Source: an uncultured archaeon
GTDB taxonomy: Archaea > Nanobdellota > Nanobdellia > Woesearchaeales > CAIVOO01
Direction of reading: 5' to 3'
NCBI GenBank assembly: GCA_903904885.1
Contig: CAIVED010000012.1
Coordinates: 34,130-98,129 of the forward strand
DNA: 64,000 nucleotides
In this document: piece by piece, positions 28,275 to 37,778 of the stretch
Layout: the number at the start of each line of letters is the position of its first letter
Numbering within the stretch: position 1 is the first letter of the stretch
Translations under genes and position numbers: made by a program
Notes under the pieces: model-generated
Told to the model about the DNA's origin: nothing
Seen by the model: only the letters and a program-made list of their open reading frames with translations
Database searches by the model: none

Positions 28275-29054
28275 TCAAATCCAGGCATATTTAAGCGCGA
28301 ATGAATATACATAAGGCTGGCCGTTTATGATTGTGTTCTCATCAACCTGGTCAACTACAACATTCCCGCTGCCAAAATAGCCTGCGTATGATTTGATGCC
28401 ATTTTGATAGGATATGTCCAGGAGGCTTCCTGACCTGAAGGAGAACAATGCTTCGGATTGCTTGTCAAGATACTCGTTAGAAGCATTTATCATCAATGCT
28501 AAAGGAACATTAACCTCTGCAGAGAATTTTTGCATTGAGCTTTTGGAATTATCTTTTGCTATGCCTATGGGATAGTCAACAGTGAACAGGACTTTTGATG
28601 GCAATATTAATGCGGTTGCAGAAACATTGCCAAATTCAAAGCTATAACCCTCATTCTGGAATGAACTCAGATTGCCGACGCAATCAGAAAGGCGCCGGTT
28701 CATGTAGGTAGAAAGCGAGGATTGAACATAATCAATGCTTGTCCTGTAAAGTGTGATATTATTTTGCTGTGATGGATCAGGGTATAGATAATAAGGAACA
28801 TCATAGAAACCTACTCTTATGTATTTATCAGGCAAATAATCCCCGCCTTGTGCGCTAACGTCAACAACAGCATACTCTGCAGTTTTCGCAACACACTGGT
28901 CAACGAATGTCTGTATAGGCACAACATCCGGAGGAACAGCTCTCTCTAAACTGGCTTTTGTAGTCACCCCGGTCATGTAAATAAAAAACGCGACTACAGC
29001 AAGTACAACAATCCCAAGAATGATGAATGTGGTTATCTGCCCTCTTTTCCGCAT
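28275..29054 (-). CDS. Type IV pilin-like protein (class III signal peptide), paralog of 24052..25092
   Basis: MRKRGQ|ITTFIILGIVVLAVVAFFIY. Confidence 0.55.
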   Translation of the reverse strand: MRKRGQITTFIILGIVVLAVVAFFIYMTGVTTKASLERAVPPDVVPIQTFVDQCVAKTAEYAVVDVSAQGGDYLPDKYIRVGFYDVPYYLYPDPSQQNNITLYRTSIDYVQSSLSTYMNRRLSDCVGNLSSFQNEGYSFEFGNVSATALILPSKVLFTVDYPIGIAKDNSKSSMQKFSAEVNVPLALMINASNEYLDKQSEALFSFRSGSLLDISYQNGIKSYAGYFGSGNVVVDQVDENTIINGQPYVYSFALKYAWI

Positions 29055-29117
29055 TTTAAACCCACTGTCCTGTTTACTATATAAACTTTTCCAGGAAGTT
29101 AATAAAAAATTAAAAAA

Positions 29118-29270
29118 TTACTTCTTTGCCTTTCCCAGTATCCTGAAGACCTTTGTTGCGCACTTTGGGCATTCTCCCTTCATTGCTCTCATGCCGTTCT
29201 TCATGACCACTTCCTTGCCGTTCTTAATCTCAACGCCTTTCTTGCACTTCATGCATCTTCCTTCTACCAT
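29118..29270 (-). CDS. Small zinc-ribbon protein (50 aa)
   Basis: Manual translation MVEGRCMKCKKGVEIKNGKEVVMKNGMRAMKGECPKCATKVFRILGKAKK. CxxC...CxxC. Not in the ORF track because it is under 60 aa. Confidence 0.4.
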   Translation of the reverse strand: MVEGRCMKCKKGVEIKNGKEVVMKNGMRAMKGECPKCATKVFRILGKAKK

Positions 29271-29392
29271 AATAAACACCTCTTGTCTTGTTTTAAAATA
29301 ATTGTTTATACCATCTCACCCATTTGAATTTATAAGCTTTTTGCTTTTTGCTTATAAACTCAATCTAGGAATAGCTGTAAATTGATATTAAA

Positions 29393-29475
29393 GCAAAAAA
29401 ATGGCTGCTGGTTCTTGCACTAGCTTAGATGTTTTACCTCCTTCTCCTGCACGAGCGCCATGCAAGAAATAAGTT
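29393..29475 (+). repeat. Repeat element copy B (truncated, 5' module only)
   Basis: AAAAAAATGGCTGCTGGTTCTTGCACTAGC...CTCCTGCACGAGCGCCATGCAAGAAATAAG. Confidence 0.6.
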
Positions 29476-29496
29476 ATAATAGTCATGGCAGAATTA

Positions 29497-30006
29497 TCAA
29501 GGCATCCTCTTCAATGCGTTCAGAAGATAGTCTTTCACGCCGGCTTCTTTTTTCGGCTCCTCTTCCTTCGGCTTTTCAGCTGCAGCCTCTTTCTTCTGCT
29601 CTGCAGGAACCTTCAGCAATTCCTGTATCTTTGCCATGGAATCCTCTGGAATCTGCTTCTGGGGCCATTCGAAATTAAGCCCGTCGCCGCTCTTTCTCGG
29701 GATTACATGAACCATTGCATGGGCATGCCTCTGGCCAGCAGCAGGGCCCTCGCTAATCATAACATTTGTGCCCTCTGCTCCCGCAGCATCAAAAAGAATT
29801 CCCGCAAGCTGCTGGGCCACCACAAACATTCTTTTCACCACATCCTCCGGAACCTGCAAAAGAAGTGTTATGTGCTTTTTCGGGAAAATAATCGCATGGC
29901 CGAAAGCAGCCGGCCTCGGGTTCAGGACAGCGAGTATCTCCGAATCCTCATATAGTTTTTTTGTTCCTGTTTTCCCGCTCACATAATCGCATATTTCGCA
30001 GCTCAT
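29497..30006 (-). CDS. HIT-fold protein with a degenerate histidine triad (HxHxxxH) and a K/E-rich C-terminal tail
   Basis: N-terminal CEICDY zinc motif. The triad region reads GQRHAHAMVHVIPR, where Met replaces the central nucleophilic His. Tail is KKEAAAEKPKEEEPKKEAG. Confidence 0.65.
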   Translation of the reverse strand: MSCEICDYVSGKTGTKKLYEDSEILAVLNPRPAAFGHAIIFPKKHITLLLQVPEDVVKRMFVVAQQLAGILFDAAGAEGTNVMISEGPAAGQRHAHAMVHVIPRKSGDGLNFEWPQKQIPEDSMAKIQELLKVPAEQKKEAAAEKPKEEEPKKEAGVKDYLLNALKRMP

Positions 30007-30602
30007 GAGAACATCTCTGTTATTTTGTCAAGGTCTATCTCTTCTTTTTCCGGCTCTTCAGGCTTTTTGCCGCCCTCATTCCTTTTTTCCTGCTCTTTTT
30101 CCCCGGCTTCCTCATTTTCCTGCCCAGCACTTCCGCCGGATTCAAAATCAACATTTGGGAAATAATTCTTCAGCGTCTTTTTCAGCCCCAGGTAAAAATC
30201 ATCAGTTTCCTTCTGGTTCTGCGCATTGAACGGGATGTCAAAATTCAAGCCGTCTCCGGAGAATCTGGGGATTGCGTGCAGTATCATGTGCGGCGCCTTC
30301 TGCCCCGCAACAGCCCCGTTTGCAAGGAAAAAATTAATCCCCTCGGGCTTCAGCACCTTGAACAGAAGCTCTGAAATTCTCCTGCAGATTACCGCAAGAT
30401 GTTCGACCTCATCCTTCGGCAGCTGGTTGAAAATCGCGTAGTGGTTTTTTGTCAGGATTAAAAGATGCGCCGGATTCGCGGGATAAATGTCAAGCACAGC
30501 GACAACTCGGTCGTCCTCGTAAATCTTCTTTGACGGGATTCCGCCAGAGGCAATCCCGCAGAATATGCATTGCTGTCCTTCCATGGATACTGATTTGTGC
30601 AA
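30003..30602 (-). CDS. HIT-fold protein with a degenerate histidine triad (HxxxH) and an acidic/K-rich tail
   Basis: CIFCGI zinc motif. The triad region reads QKAPHMILHAIPR, where Ile replaces the central His. Tail is ENEEAGEKEQEKRNEGGKKPEEPEKEE. ATGA-coupled to the downstream HIT-like gene. Confidence 0.65.
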   Translation of the reverse strand: MHKSVSMEGQQCIFCGIASGGIPSKKIYEDDRVVAVLDIYPANPAHLLILTKNHYAIFNQLPKDEVEHLAVICRRISELLFKVLKPEGINFFLANGAVAGQKAPHMILHAIPRFSGDGLNFDIPFNAQNQKETDDFYLGLKKTLKNYFPNVDFESGGSAGQENEEAGEKEQEKRNEGGKKPEEPEKEEIDLDKITEMFS

Positions 30603-30699
30603 TATTGTTTATATACTTTTTTATGTTTTGCGGGCATAAAAATTCAAAGACATGCAACAGGATATTATCAGTTATCTTTTTAAAGGCAAATAATATACT

Positions 30700-33600
30700 T
30701 TGGCTGTGGAAGCTTCCAGAAGGGTAAGGATGGAAGTGGTGGCAGTAGTCCTGGCCATCATTGCTGTACTCGCAGTTGTATTTATAGCAGGGCAGGTCTA
30801 TAAAACCCCTGCCGAAACACCTGCGGTTTCTGTGAAAAGCGAATTGGCAGAGGGTTCATACACAAAGGAAATCCAGCCCGATAAAATTTCATTCGTTGAA
30901 AACAAGACCTCCACTCCGCTGGCAGAGGTCAGCTTCAGCGGGCTTAAAACAGACATCAAGGATGTTGATTCAAAGATAGTTGCATCTTCAAATCTCATGT
31001 TCAGGTCGGGCATATTTGCAGTCAGGGATGCAGGGGCAGTTTTCAGTGAAGCCAGGATAACAATGAAGAAAACCGGCAATGTTAATGTAATTTTTTACTG
31101 CCAGGACTTTGACTTTGAAAAAGAATCCTGCCCGGGTGACTGGGCCAAAAGCGACATTCCCTTCACCCAGACAATGAAAGAGGTTACATTCACAGTAAAT
31201 CATTTTTCAGCCTATGCCCCGGGCGAATTCGGGATTTTAAGCGAGTTCCAGGGCAATGGCGTCTGCCGCGCCTATGCAAACAATGACAGCATCCTTACCG
31301 GCAACATCACTGATTGCCCAGATCAAAGCATATTCATAAATGCCTCAAATATCGTTTTCGACTGCCAGGGCTATTCCATCCTCAACAGCAGTGGGGGATT
31401 TTGGGCGCAAAACCTCAGCAATATAACAATAAAAAACTGCAATGTAGATGCCCATGGCAACGGGATTAACCTGATAAATATCAACAGCAGCAGCTTGCTC
31501 AACAACTCAGTTTACAATGCACTTGGCGGCGGCATTAACGTTTATCTCAGCTCCGGAAATTTATTTGCAGGAAACAACGTTTCAAAATCACAGGGCAGCG
31601 CAGGTTTTGTAATTGACACATCCAGCAATAATCATTTTGAGAACAACCGATTCCACAGCAATCTTAACCGCGGATTAAGCATAGGTGTCGGGGACAACAA
31701 TTCCTTTGTGAACAACCAATTTTACAACAACCATCACGAGGGGGCAACCGCAAATCTCGGTGAAAACAATTCCTTCGTGAACAACAGCTTTTTCAACAAC
31801 TCTGCGCATGGCCTTACTTTTTCCTGGGGGACTCTCAATTTATTTGAGAACAACAGCTTTTCCAACAACACAGGAGATGGATTGTACGTATCCTCTGTAG
31901 AAAACAACACCTTTGTTGGCAACAATTTCTCAGGCAACCATAATAACGGCTTTACGTCATATGGCGGCTCTAACTCTTTAATCAACAACCGGGCATTTAA
32001 CAACCAACTCGAGGGTATTTACATTTTTATGACACCCGGTTACTATTTGATTAACAATTCTGCTTTTAACAACCCAACAGGCTTTTACCTAACAAGCACA
32101 ACCGGAAGCGTTCTAGAGAACAATTCCGCATTCAACAACAATTTGGGCTTTTACGTTTCATACTCAGATAATGCAACGGTTTTAAACAACACCGCCTTTG
32201 GCAATGTAAAGGGTTTTGAGCTTGCAAGCACAACAAACAGCACCATAGCCGGCGCCTACGCCTACAGCAACAACATAGGATTTTTCCTGCATCCCTCTGA
32301 CATCAGCCTAACTTTTGAAAACAGCACCATAGCGGGCAATTCAGGCCAGGACCTTTTTCTTGAAGGAACCTGGCACCTCTACAACCGCTCATTCAAAAAT
32401 GTGCTTCTCGGCCCCAATACATTCATAGGGGACAATGCGACAGCAATTATTTCCCCGCTTGTAATCTACAGCAACCTGTCTTCAATAGACTATGGCAATA
32501 TGACGCTGAGCAATGTTTCGCTGAATGGCTCTGCTTCCCTGGAAGACAATTACATCTATCTTAACTCTTCAAAAATACCCGCCCTGAACATATCTGCCAA
32601 CGTAACATTCAGGAACCTCCCGTGGACATCAATGCCCCAGCTATTCAAAGACGGCGCAAGATGCGATGACAATCCTGCACTGTGCAACATAACCGCCTTT
32701 GACCCGTGGACAAGGACCCTTACTGCCCAGGTTTCCTCTTTTTCAAACTACACAACTGGAAATGCATCAACCTGCTTCAATGCGACTGATGATTTGTACA
32801 TTAATGGAAATGCGGTGATATGCGATAGTTATTTCCGGGTGAATGACACAAATGACGATGGGGTTATAATAATCAACAAATCAGGGATAGCCCTCACACT
32901 TGGCACAAGCGACATTTTCTACCTTTCGGGAAATGGCTCTGGAAAGGGGGTTGTTGTTGAGAATAAAACAGGCGTGACAATTATCATGCGCAATTCAAAT
33001 AGCCCGCACATTGGTTATTACGGAACAGGGATTTATGTCAAAAACTCAAGGGACATTACATTATATAGCCCTGCAATCGGCGATTCAGATACGGGGCTGC
33101 TATTGTACAATTCTACCAATGTGATAGTCCAAAAATCCTCTGATACTATTTATTGTGCCTTTGAAAGCAATACCCAAGGCATTGTAATCTATCTGGGAGG
33201 AAACAATAGCATCAATTCTTTTGATAGGCTGATGTACAATTCTTATGGGATAAATGTAACTGACTCTTCCGGGAATAGGATAATTTCCAACTATTATTCC
33301 GGCTATTCTCCCACTTCTGTAGGTGATGTCAGATGGAATTCAAAAGCAGCAATTTACCTCAGGAATGCAAATAACCTGGTAGTGAGCGGAATGCAGTTTA
33401 CTGATAACACGTTGTCATTTGATATGATAAACTCAACTAATATATCATTGGCAACATTCCCTCTTAATGTTTATCGTCTATCTTTCTCTAACAGCAGCAT
33501 GCGCTTGAACTCGTCCAAGATTAATATTCTTAGGGGGGCTAATTATATGGTTCCACTTTATCTAGTCCGATCGCCAATAATTGCCCAGGATTCGGAACTA

Positions 33601-35556
33601 AACATCAGCGGGGTAACTTTTGCATCAGCAAGCACACTAATAACCCTGCTTAATTCAACAATAGACATATCCAACAGCACGTTCTCTGATTCTGACGTTG
33701 GCATTGCGATTAACAAAACATCTGGCACCAGCAGGATAGTCAACAATTCTTTCACAACTCCCCAGAACATCAGCATCTATGCCGAGGACTCGTCCGGAAT
33801 AATGATTTCAAATATAATTTCAAGCGCAGTTTATTATCTTTACTCTGTAAATTCAAATTCAACAGTCTCTGCAATTCTAAACAACCTGCTTTTCTCGGAC
33901 TCCAGTTCAAGGGTAAATGCAACCAATCTGACTTTCCCTTCGGCTAATGCCTCAATCTCATATCTCAATGTTGTTTTAAACGGCACAATCAATACCTCCT
34001 CCGGGGTTTATCTTCTCTACAATCTTTCAGGAATTGACCCATCAATTTCCCCGGGGCTTAATGCAAGCGCCCAGGTGACATTGCGCTTCCTCCCATGGCC
34101 TATCACCCCATTTGTTGAAAAAGACGGAGTGAGATGCGACAATACATCCTCCTGCTCCGTCCTGGGCTATGACAACAGCACAGGAACCCTTGTTTTCAAT
34201 GTTATGGGGTTCTCAAACTACAGCTCATCAAACCCGAATCTTCCCGGGACTCCTGACACCACACCGCCGACACCCCCTGCTGTTTACGACGGCCTGAACT
34301 TTGTTGACTTCAACTGGACAGGAAGCAACACAACATTATATGCATCATGGAACGGCTCCTTTGACCGAAGCAACATATTTTACAGCTACAGGATAATGGA
34401 CAAAAACGGCTCATGCTACAACGGCCAGTGCGCATTCCAGTTTGCCGGGAGCGCACAGCAGATTACAGTTTCAAACCTCAGCCTTGCGATATGCCACAAC
34501 TACCTTTTCAAGGTGCAGGCAGAGGACACTTTTTACAATGTGGCAAATTTATCGTCATCAGACGGTATAACCATTGAAATTGAAAACCCGACGGTGCTTG
34601 CAATTGACAGCTCCACTCACCCGAGCCAGTCCATTTTTTACCCGAAAAGCACGGTAAGGCTCAACTGGTCTGCAAGCGACACAAATCTTACAGGCTGCTC
34701 CTCAGGAATTGCAGGCTACTCCTATCTCTTTGACCAGGATTCTGGAAGCTTCCCTGACGGAACAATTGAAACAAATGACACAAACGCCACGTTCACAAAT
34801 GTGCCCAGCGGCACATGGTATTTCCATATAAGAGCGGTGGACAATGCAGGGAATGCCGGCGACACGCTTGTGCGCACAGCAAGAGTGAACGTGACAGAAG
34901 TTTCTGTAAATCTGAATCCATCCGAAACCCCAACGCTTCTGAGCAATGCAACAATATACGGAAGCATAACAAAAAACTCCTCCGACCTCCTTAAAATATA
35001 CAAAAATGACAATAATACCGCAAATATTTCAATTAGCCAGGCTCAAACTGCATTCAATTTTACAGTTAATCTTGACATGGGAATTAACACAATATACGCA
35101 AATGCCTCGCTTAATGGCTCGGTTGCTGCAAAATCAAACACACTTTACATAAGAAGGGCGAATGAGACGAGGCTGAACGCAACCGGGTTCACGGTTTCCT
35201 ACAGCGGGGGAACACTGACAGATTCCTCTGCAAGCAGCCTGGTTTCAACGGCTTCTGCAAATTCCAATTTCGGAATAGGAAAATCCGCAGGCAGATTGTT
35301 TTTGTTTGTTACATCCCCTTCAGCAAACATTGCAGCAAGGACAGGATACGTAACAAACAACACGCTCTTTGACCAGATTAACCCTTCGGTGGGATTCCCG
35401 CTTGAAATAGAGCAAAACATGATAAGCACAATACTGAACTACCAGGATATCCATCTGGAGGGCAACCAGTCTGTGCAGACAGGAAGGTACACGCTTGTGA
35501 TAACAAACAACGGCACTGTGGGAGGGAAGCCCCAGATTCTGGTAAGGATAACATGA
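30700..35556 (+). CDS. Giant surface protein (1618 aa): N-terminal signal anchor, right-handed parallel beta-helix (PbH1/NosD-like) repeats, heavily N-glycosylation-sequon-rich
   Basis: MAVEASRRVRMEVVAVVLAIIAVLAVVF anchor. About 20 tandem ~22-aa repeats of the NNSFVNNQFYNNHHEG type between residues ~290 and 540. NxS/T sequons run throughout. C-terminal region TPPTPPAVYDGLNFVDFNWTGSN resembles FN3. Confidence 0.75.
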   Translation: MAVEASRRVRMEVVAVVLAIIAVLAVVFIAGQVYKTPAETPAVSVKSELAEGSYTKEIQPDKISFVENKTSTPLAEVSFSGLKTDIKDVDSKIVASSNLMFRSGIFAVRDAGAVFSEARITMKKTGNVNVIFYCQDFDFEKESCPGDWAKSDIPFTQTMKEVTFTVNHFSAYAPGEFGILSEFQGNGVCRAYANNDSILTGNITDCPDQSIFINASNIVFDCQGYSILNSSGGFWAQNLSNITIKNCNVDAHGNGINLININSSSLLNNSVYNALGGGINVYLSSGNLFAGNNVSKSQGSAGFVIDTSSNNHFENNRFHSNLNRGLSIGVGDNNSFVNNQFYNNHHEGATANLGENNSFVNNSFFNNSAHGLTFSWGTLNLFENNSFSNNTGDGLYVSSVENNTFVGNNFSGNHNNGFTSYGGSNSLINNRAFNNQLEGIYIFMTPGYYLINNSAFNNPTGFYLTSTTGSVLENNSAFNNNLGFYVSYSDNATVLNNTAFGNVKGFELASTTNSTIAGAYAYSNNIGFFLHPSDISLTFENSTIAGNSGQDLFLEGTWHLYNRSFKNVLLGPNTFIGDNATAIISPLVIYSNLSSIDYGNMTLSNVSLNGSASLEDNYIYLNSSKIPALNISANVTFRNLPWTSMPQLFKDGARCDDNPALCNITAFDPWTRTLTAQVSSFSNYTTGNASTCFNATDDLYINGNAVICDSYFRVNDTNDDGVIIINKSGIALTLGTSDIFYLSGNGSGKGVVVENKTGVTIIMRNSNSPHIGYYGTGIYVKNSRDITLYSPAIGDSDTGLLLYNSTNVIVQKSSDTIYCAFESNTQGIVIYLGGNNSINSFDRLMYNSYGINVTDSSGNRIISNYYSGYSPTSVGDVRWNSKAAIYLRNANNLVVSGMQFTDNTLSFDMINSTNISLATFPLNVYRLSFSNSSMRLNSSKINILRGANYMVPLYLVRSPIIAQDSELNISGVTFASASTLITLLNSTIDISNSTFSDSDVGIAINKTSGTSRIVNNSFTTPQNISIYAEDSSGIMISNIISSAVYYLYSVNSNSTVSAILNNLLFSDSSSRVNATNLTFPSANASISYLNVVLNGTINTSSGVYLLYNLSGIDPSISPGLNASAQVTLRFLPWPITPFVEKDGVRCDNTSSCSVLGYDNSTGTLVFNVMGFSNYSSSNPNLPGTPDTTPPTPPAVYDGLNFVDFNWTGSNTTLYASWNGSFDRSNIFYSYRIMDKNGSCYNGQCAFQFAGSAQQITVSNLSLAICHNYLFKVQAEDTFYNVANLSSSDGITIEIENPTVLAIDSSTHPSQSIFYPKSTVRLNWSASDTNLTGCSSGIAGYSYLFDQDSGSFPDGTIETNDTNATFTNVPSGTWYFHIRAVDNAGNAGDTLVRTARVNVTEVSVNLNPSETPTLLSNATIYGSITKNSSDLLKIYKNDNNTANISISQAQTAFNFTVNLDMGINTIYANASLNGSVAAKSNTLYIRRANETRLNATGFTVSYSGGTLTDSSASSLVSTASANSNFGIGKSAGRLFLFVTSPSANIAARTGYVTNNTLFDQINPSVGFPLEIEQNMISTILNYQDIHLEGNQSVQTGRYTLVITNNGTVGGKPQILVRIT

Positions 35557-36011
35557 ACAAGAAATCCCAGTTTTACATTTTGACCGCAGTCGTGCTTATT
35601 GCGATTACATTCGGGCTTTTTTCCTCGCAGAAAATGATTCCAAAACCGGAAAATGCATTCGGCCTGCTGGTTGACAACTATCTCAAGGAGGCGCCGTTTG
35701 CTGCAAACTCAGGCAATCTTGAAGATTTCACGCTGAGATTTTACGATTTGGCTGCATCAAAAGAACCGGATTTTGAAATGGTTTCATTCTATGTTTCCCA
35801 GGACAATGTTTCGGTGCTTAGCCTTGCAAAACCAACCATTTTTATAAACCAGCATAATGTTTCATTCAGGCAGAGCATCGTTTTCCAAAGGCCGGATGCT
35901 GCGATGGTTTCAATAGGCCAGGAGCAGTACAGCATAGACACCGCAACCACCGGGATTAAAACAATATTTTTAATGAGCAAGGAAGACAGCAGGAACGTGA
36001 GGGTAGAATGA
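35553..36011 (+). CDS. Putative pilin-like protein (class III-like signal), ATGA-coupled to the giant protein
   Basis: MNKKSQFYILTAVVLIAITFGLF. Confidence 0.45.
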   Translation: MNKKSQFYILTAVVLIAITFGLFSSQKMIPKPENAFGLLVDNYLKEAPFAANSGNLEDFTLRFYDLAASKEPDFEMVSFYVSQDNVSVLSLAKPTIFINQHNVSFRQSIVFQRPDAAMVSIGQEQYSIDTATTGIKTIFLMSKEDSRNVRVE

Positions 36012-36493
36012 GAAAAAAAGGGGTTTCAGAATGGGTTTCGTATGTTCTTCTCACAGGATTTGTAGTGGTCCTTGCGGCCTTTGTCTACAGCTGGATGACC
36101 AGCTATACAACCCAGACAACATCTGATGTAAAAGAAAGGGTTTTTAACAGCGAATTATGCGACCTTATGGGGGTAAGCGTTAACGCCTGCATCAACACAT
36201 CAACATCGCAAAGTTTATATATAAATGTAACCAACAGAGGTGATTTAAGGACAACAAGGCTGGTGTTCAGGTTTTTGCAGTTGAATGGCACCTCGATCCA
36301 AAACATGTATGACATTGAAACCGACAGCATTGTAAAGCCGCAGTACACAAAAAGCTTCAATGCGACCATGCTTAACCTTACATGGCTTGTCAACAGCGGC
36401 ACCAAGGTTGAGGTCGTGCCGGCAACTGAAAAGGAGGGCTTTTTGGTTGTCTGCAGCGAAAAAAAGGGAGAGGCATATTTCCACAGCTGCTGA
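36008..36493 (+). CDS. Type IV pilin-like protein (class III signal peptide)
   Basis: MRKKG|VSEWVSYVLLTGFVVVLAAFV. Multiple NxT sequons. Confidence 0.55.
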   Translation: MRKKGVSEWVSYVLLTGFVVVLAAFVYSWMTSYTTQTTSDVKERVFNSELCDLMGVSVNACINTSTSQSLYINVTNRGDLRTTRLVFRFLQLNGTSIQNMYDIETDSIVKPQYTKSFNATMLNLTWLVNSGTKVEVVPATEKEGFLVVCSEKKGEAYFHSC

Positions 36494-36829
36494 TTGTTGA
36501 TTATAAAAAGAGGCGAAAAATTGAAAAAAGAATTTTCAGACCTTGAAAGGGAGATTGTGGAGATTGAGGTTGAGAAATCCCGCCTTAACAGGGAAAAGGC
36601 AATGATTGTGCTCAACAAAAGCCTTTTCATATATTTCTGCTTTCTTTTCGTTGGCATAATTGGGTTTATCAACTCCTATGTTTCAAAAACAGTGCTTAAC
36701 ATAATAATATTCGTGGGCCTTGTTGTGCTGGTTATAGGAACCATTCCCTACGTACAGACCATGAAGGCTGAAGAGAAAAAATTAAATACGCTTATTGATG
36801 ATTTGAAAAAAAGAGGTGTCAGATTATAA
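36494..36829 (+). CDS. Small membrane protein with an N-terminal coiled-coil
   Basis: Charged coiled-coil-like N-terminus followed by two hydrophobic helices. Confidence 0.45.
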   Translation: MLIIKRGEKLKKEFSDLEREIVEIEVEKSRLNREKAMIVLNKSLFIYFCFLFVGIIGFINSYVSKTVLNIIIFVGLVVLVIGTIPYVQTMKAEEKKLNTLIDDLKKRGVRL

Positions 36830-37350
36830 TGTTCAAGAAAAAAAAAGGCGTTTCACCGCTTATAGCAACGGTCCTGCTTATAGCATTTGCCGTTGCATTG
36901 GGCGCTGTGGTTATGAACTGGGGAAGGACCTATGTTGAGGATACCGCATCCCTCGCAAGGGAAAAGTCAGACACTGAAATAAAGTGCAGCTCTGATGTCA
37001 AGCTTGAATTTCTTTCAATCAAAAATGTAGAGAAGCTCTGCTATGAATACACCACAACAACCAAGCTTAATATGACCATTGAAAACACCGGGAAGCTGGA
37101 CATTGTCGGGCTGCAGGTTACCGTTGTCGGGGAAAAGAACATAAACACCACAGAAATAGACCTTAAGGCAGTCAACGCCTCGCTGAAAAGGTCCCGCTTT
37201 TACAGGAATGAGAGCATAGAGATGAGCGATCTTGGCGCCCCAACCCAGGTAAGGATAGTGCCGGAAATAGAGGTAAGCGGAAACAGGATATCCTGCCCTC
37301 AAACCGCGCTTACAGAGGATACTTTCCTGAAAAAATGCAGTGAGATTTGA
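36829..37350 (+). CDS. Type IV pilin-like protein (class III signal peptide; archaeal pilin/archaellin-type N-terminus)
   Basis: MFKKKKG|VSPLIATVLLIAFAVALGAVV. The GVSP[LV]IATVLLIA pattern is typical of archaeal type IV pilins. Confidence 0.65.
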   Translation: MFKKKKGVSPLIATVLLIAFAVALGAVVMNWGRTYVEDTASLAREKSDTEIKCSSDVKLEFLSIKNVEKLCYEYTTTTKLNMTIENTGKLDIVGLQVTVVGEKNINTTEIDLKAVNASLKRSRFYRNESIEMSDLGAPTQVRIVPEIEVSGNRISCPQTALTEDTFLKKCSEI

Positions 37351-37778
37351 GGATGGCTGAGCGATCAAAAGCAGTTACCCTGTTTATTTTTCTCTTTTTC
37401 ATTTTTATCATGCTCGGCGCAATAATATTCATTTTTACATACAGCACATACAGGAACACATCAAACTACAGCACTTCAACAACGAAAAACTCTGTTGACT
37501 GCACAGGCTATTCATTCAGGGTTGTGGGCGGGACGCTTTCCTACGAAAACACAACGCTTTCGCTCGATGTTGACACGACACTTGCAACAGAAAGACAGAA
37601 AAATTCCCTTGTTTTTGTGGTCAACGGGAAAGAAACTGAAAGCCGGCCGGTTGATTTCACAGTCAGGACCCAGAAGCTTAAAATTGATGTTGAAAAGCCC
37701 GGGGCATTTGATGTTTATGTCAAGGGCTGCCCCGATATAAAAAGAAAATGCGATTTGGCGGCGAACCAATGCACATGA
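37347..37778 (+). CDS. Putative pilin-like protein
   Basis: MRMAERSKA|VTLFIFLFFIFIMLGAIIF. Confidence 0.45.
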   Translation: MRMAERSKAVTLFIFLFFIFIMLGAIIFIFTYSTYRNTSNYSTSTTKNSVDCTGYSFRVVGGTLSYENTTLSLDVDTTLATERQKNSLVFVVNGKETESRPVDFTVRTQKLKIDVEKPGAFDVYVKGCPDIKRKCDLAANQCT

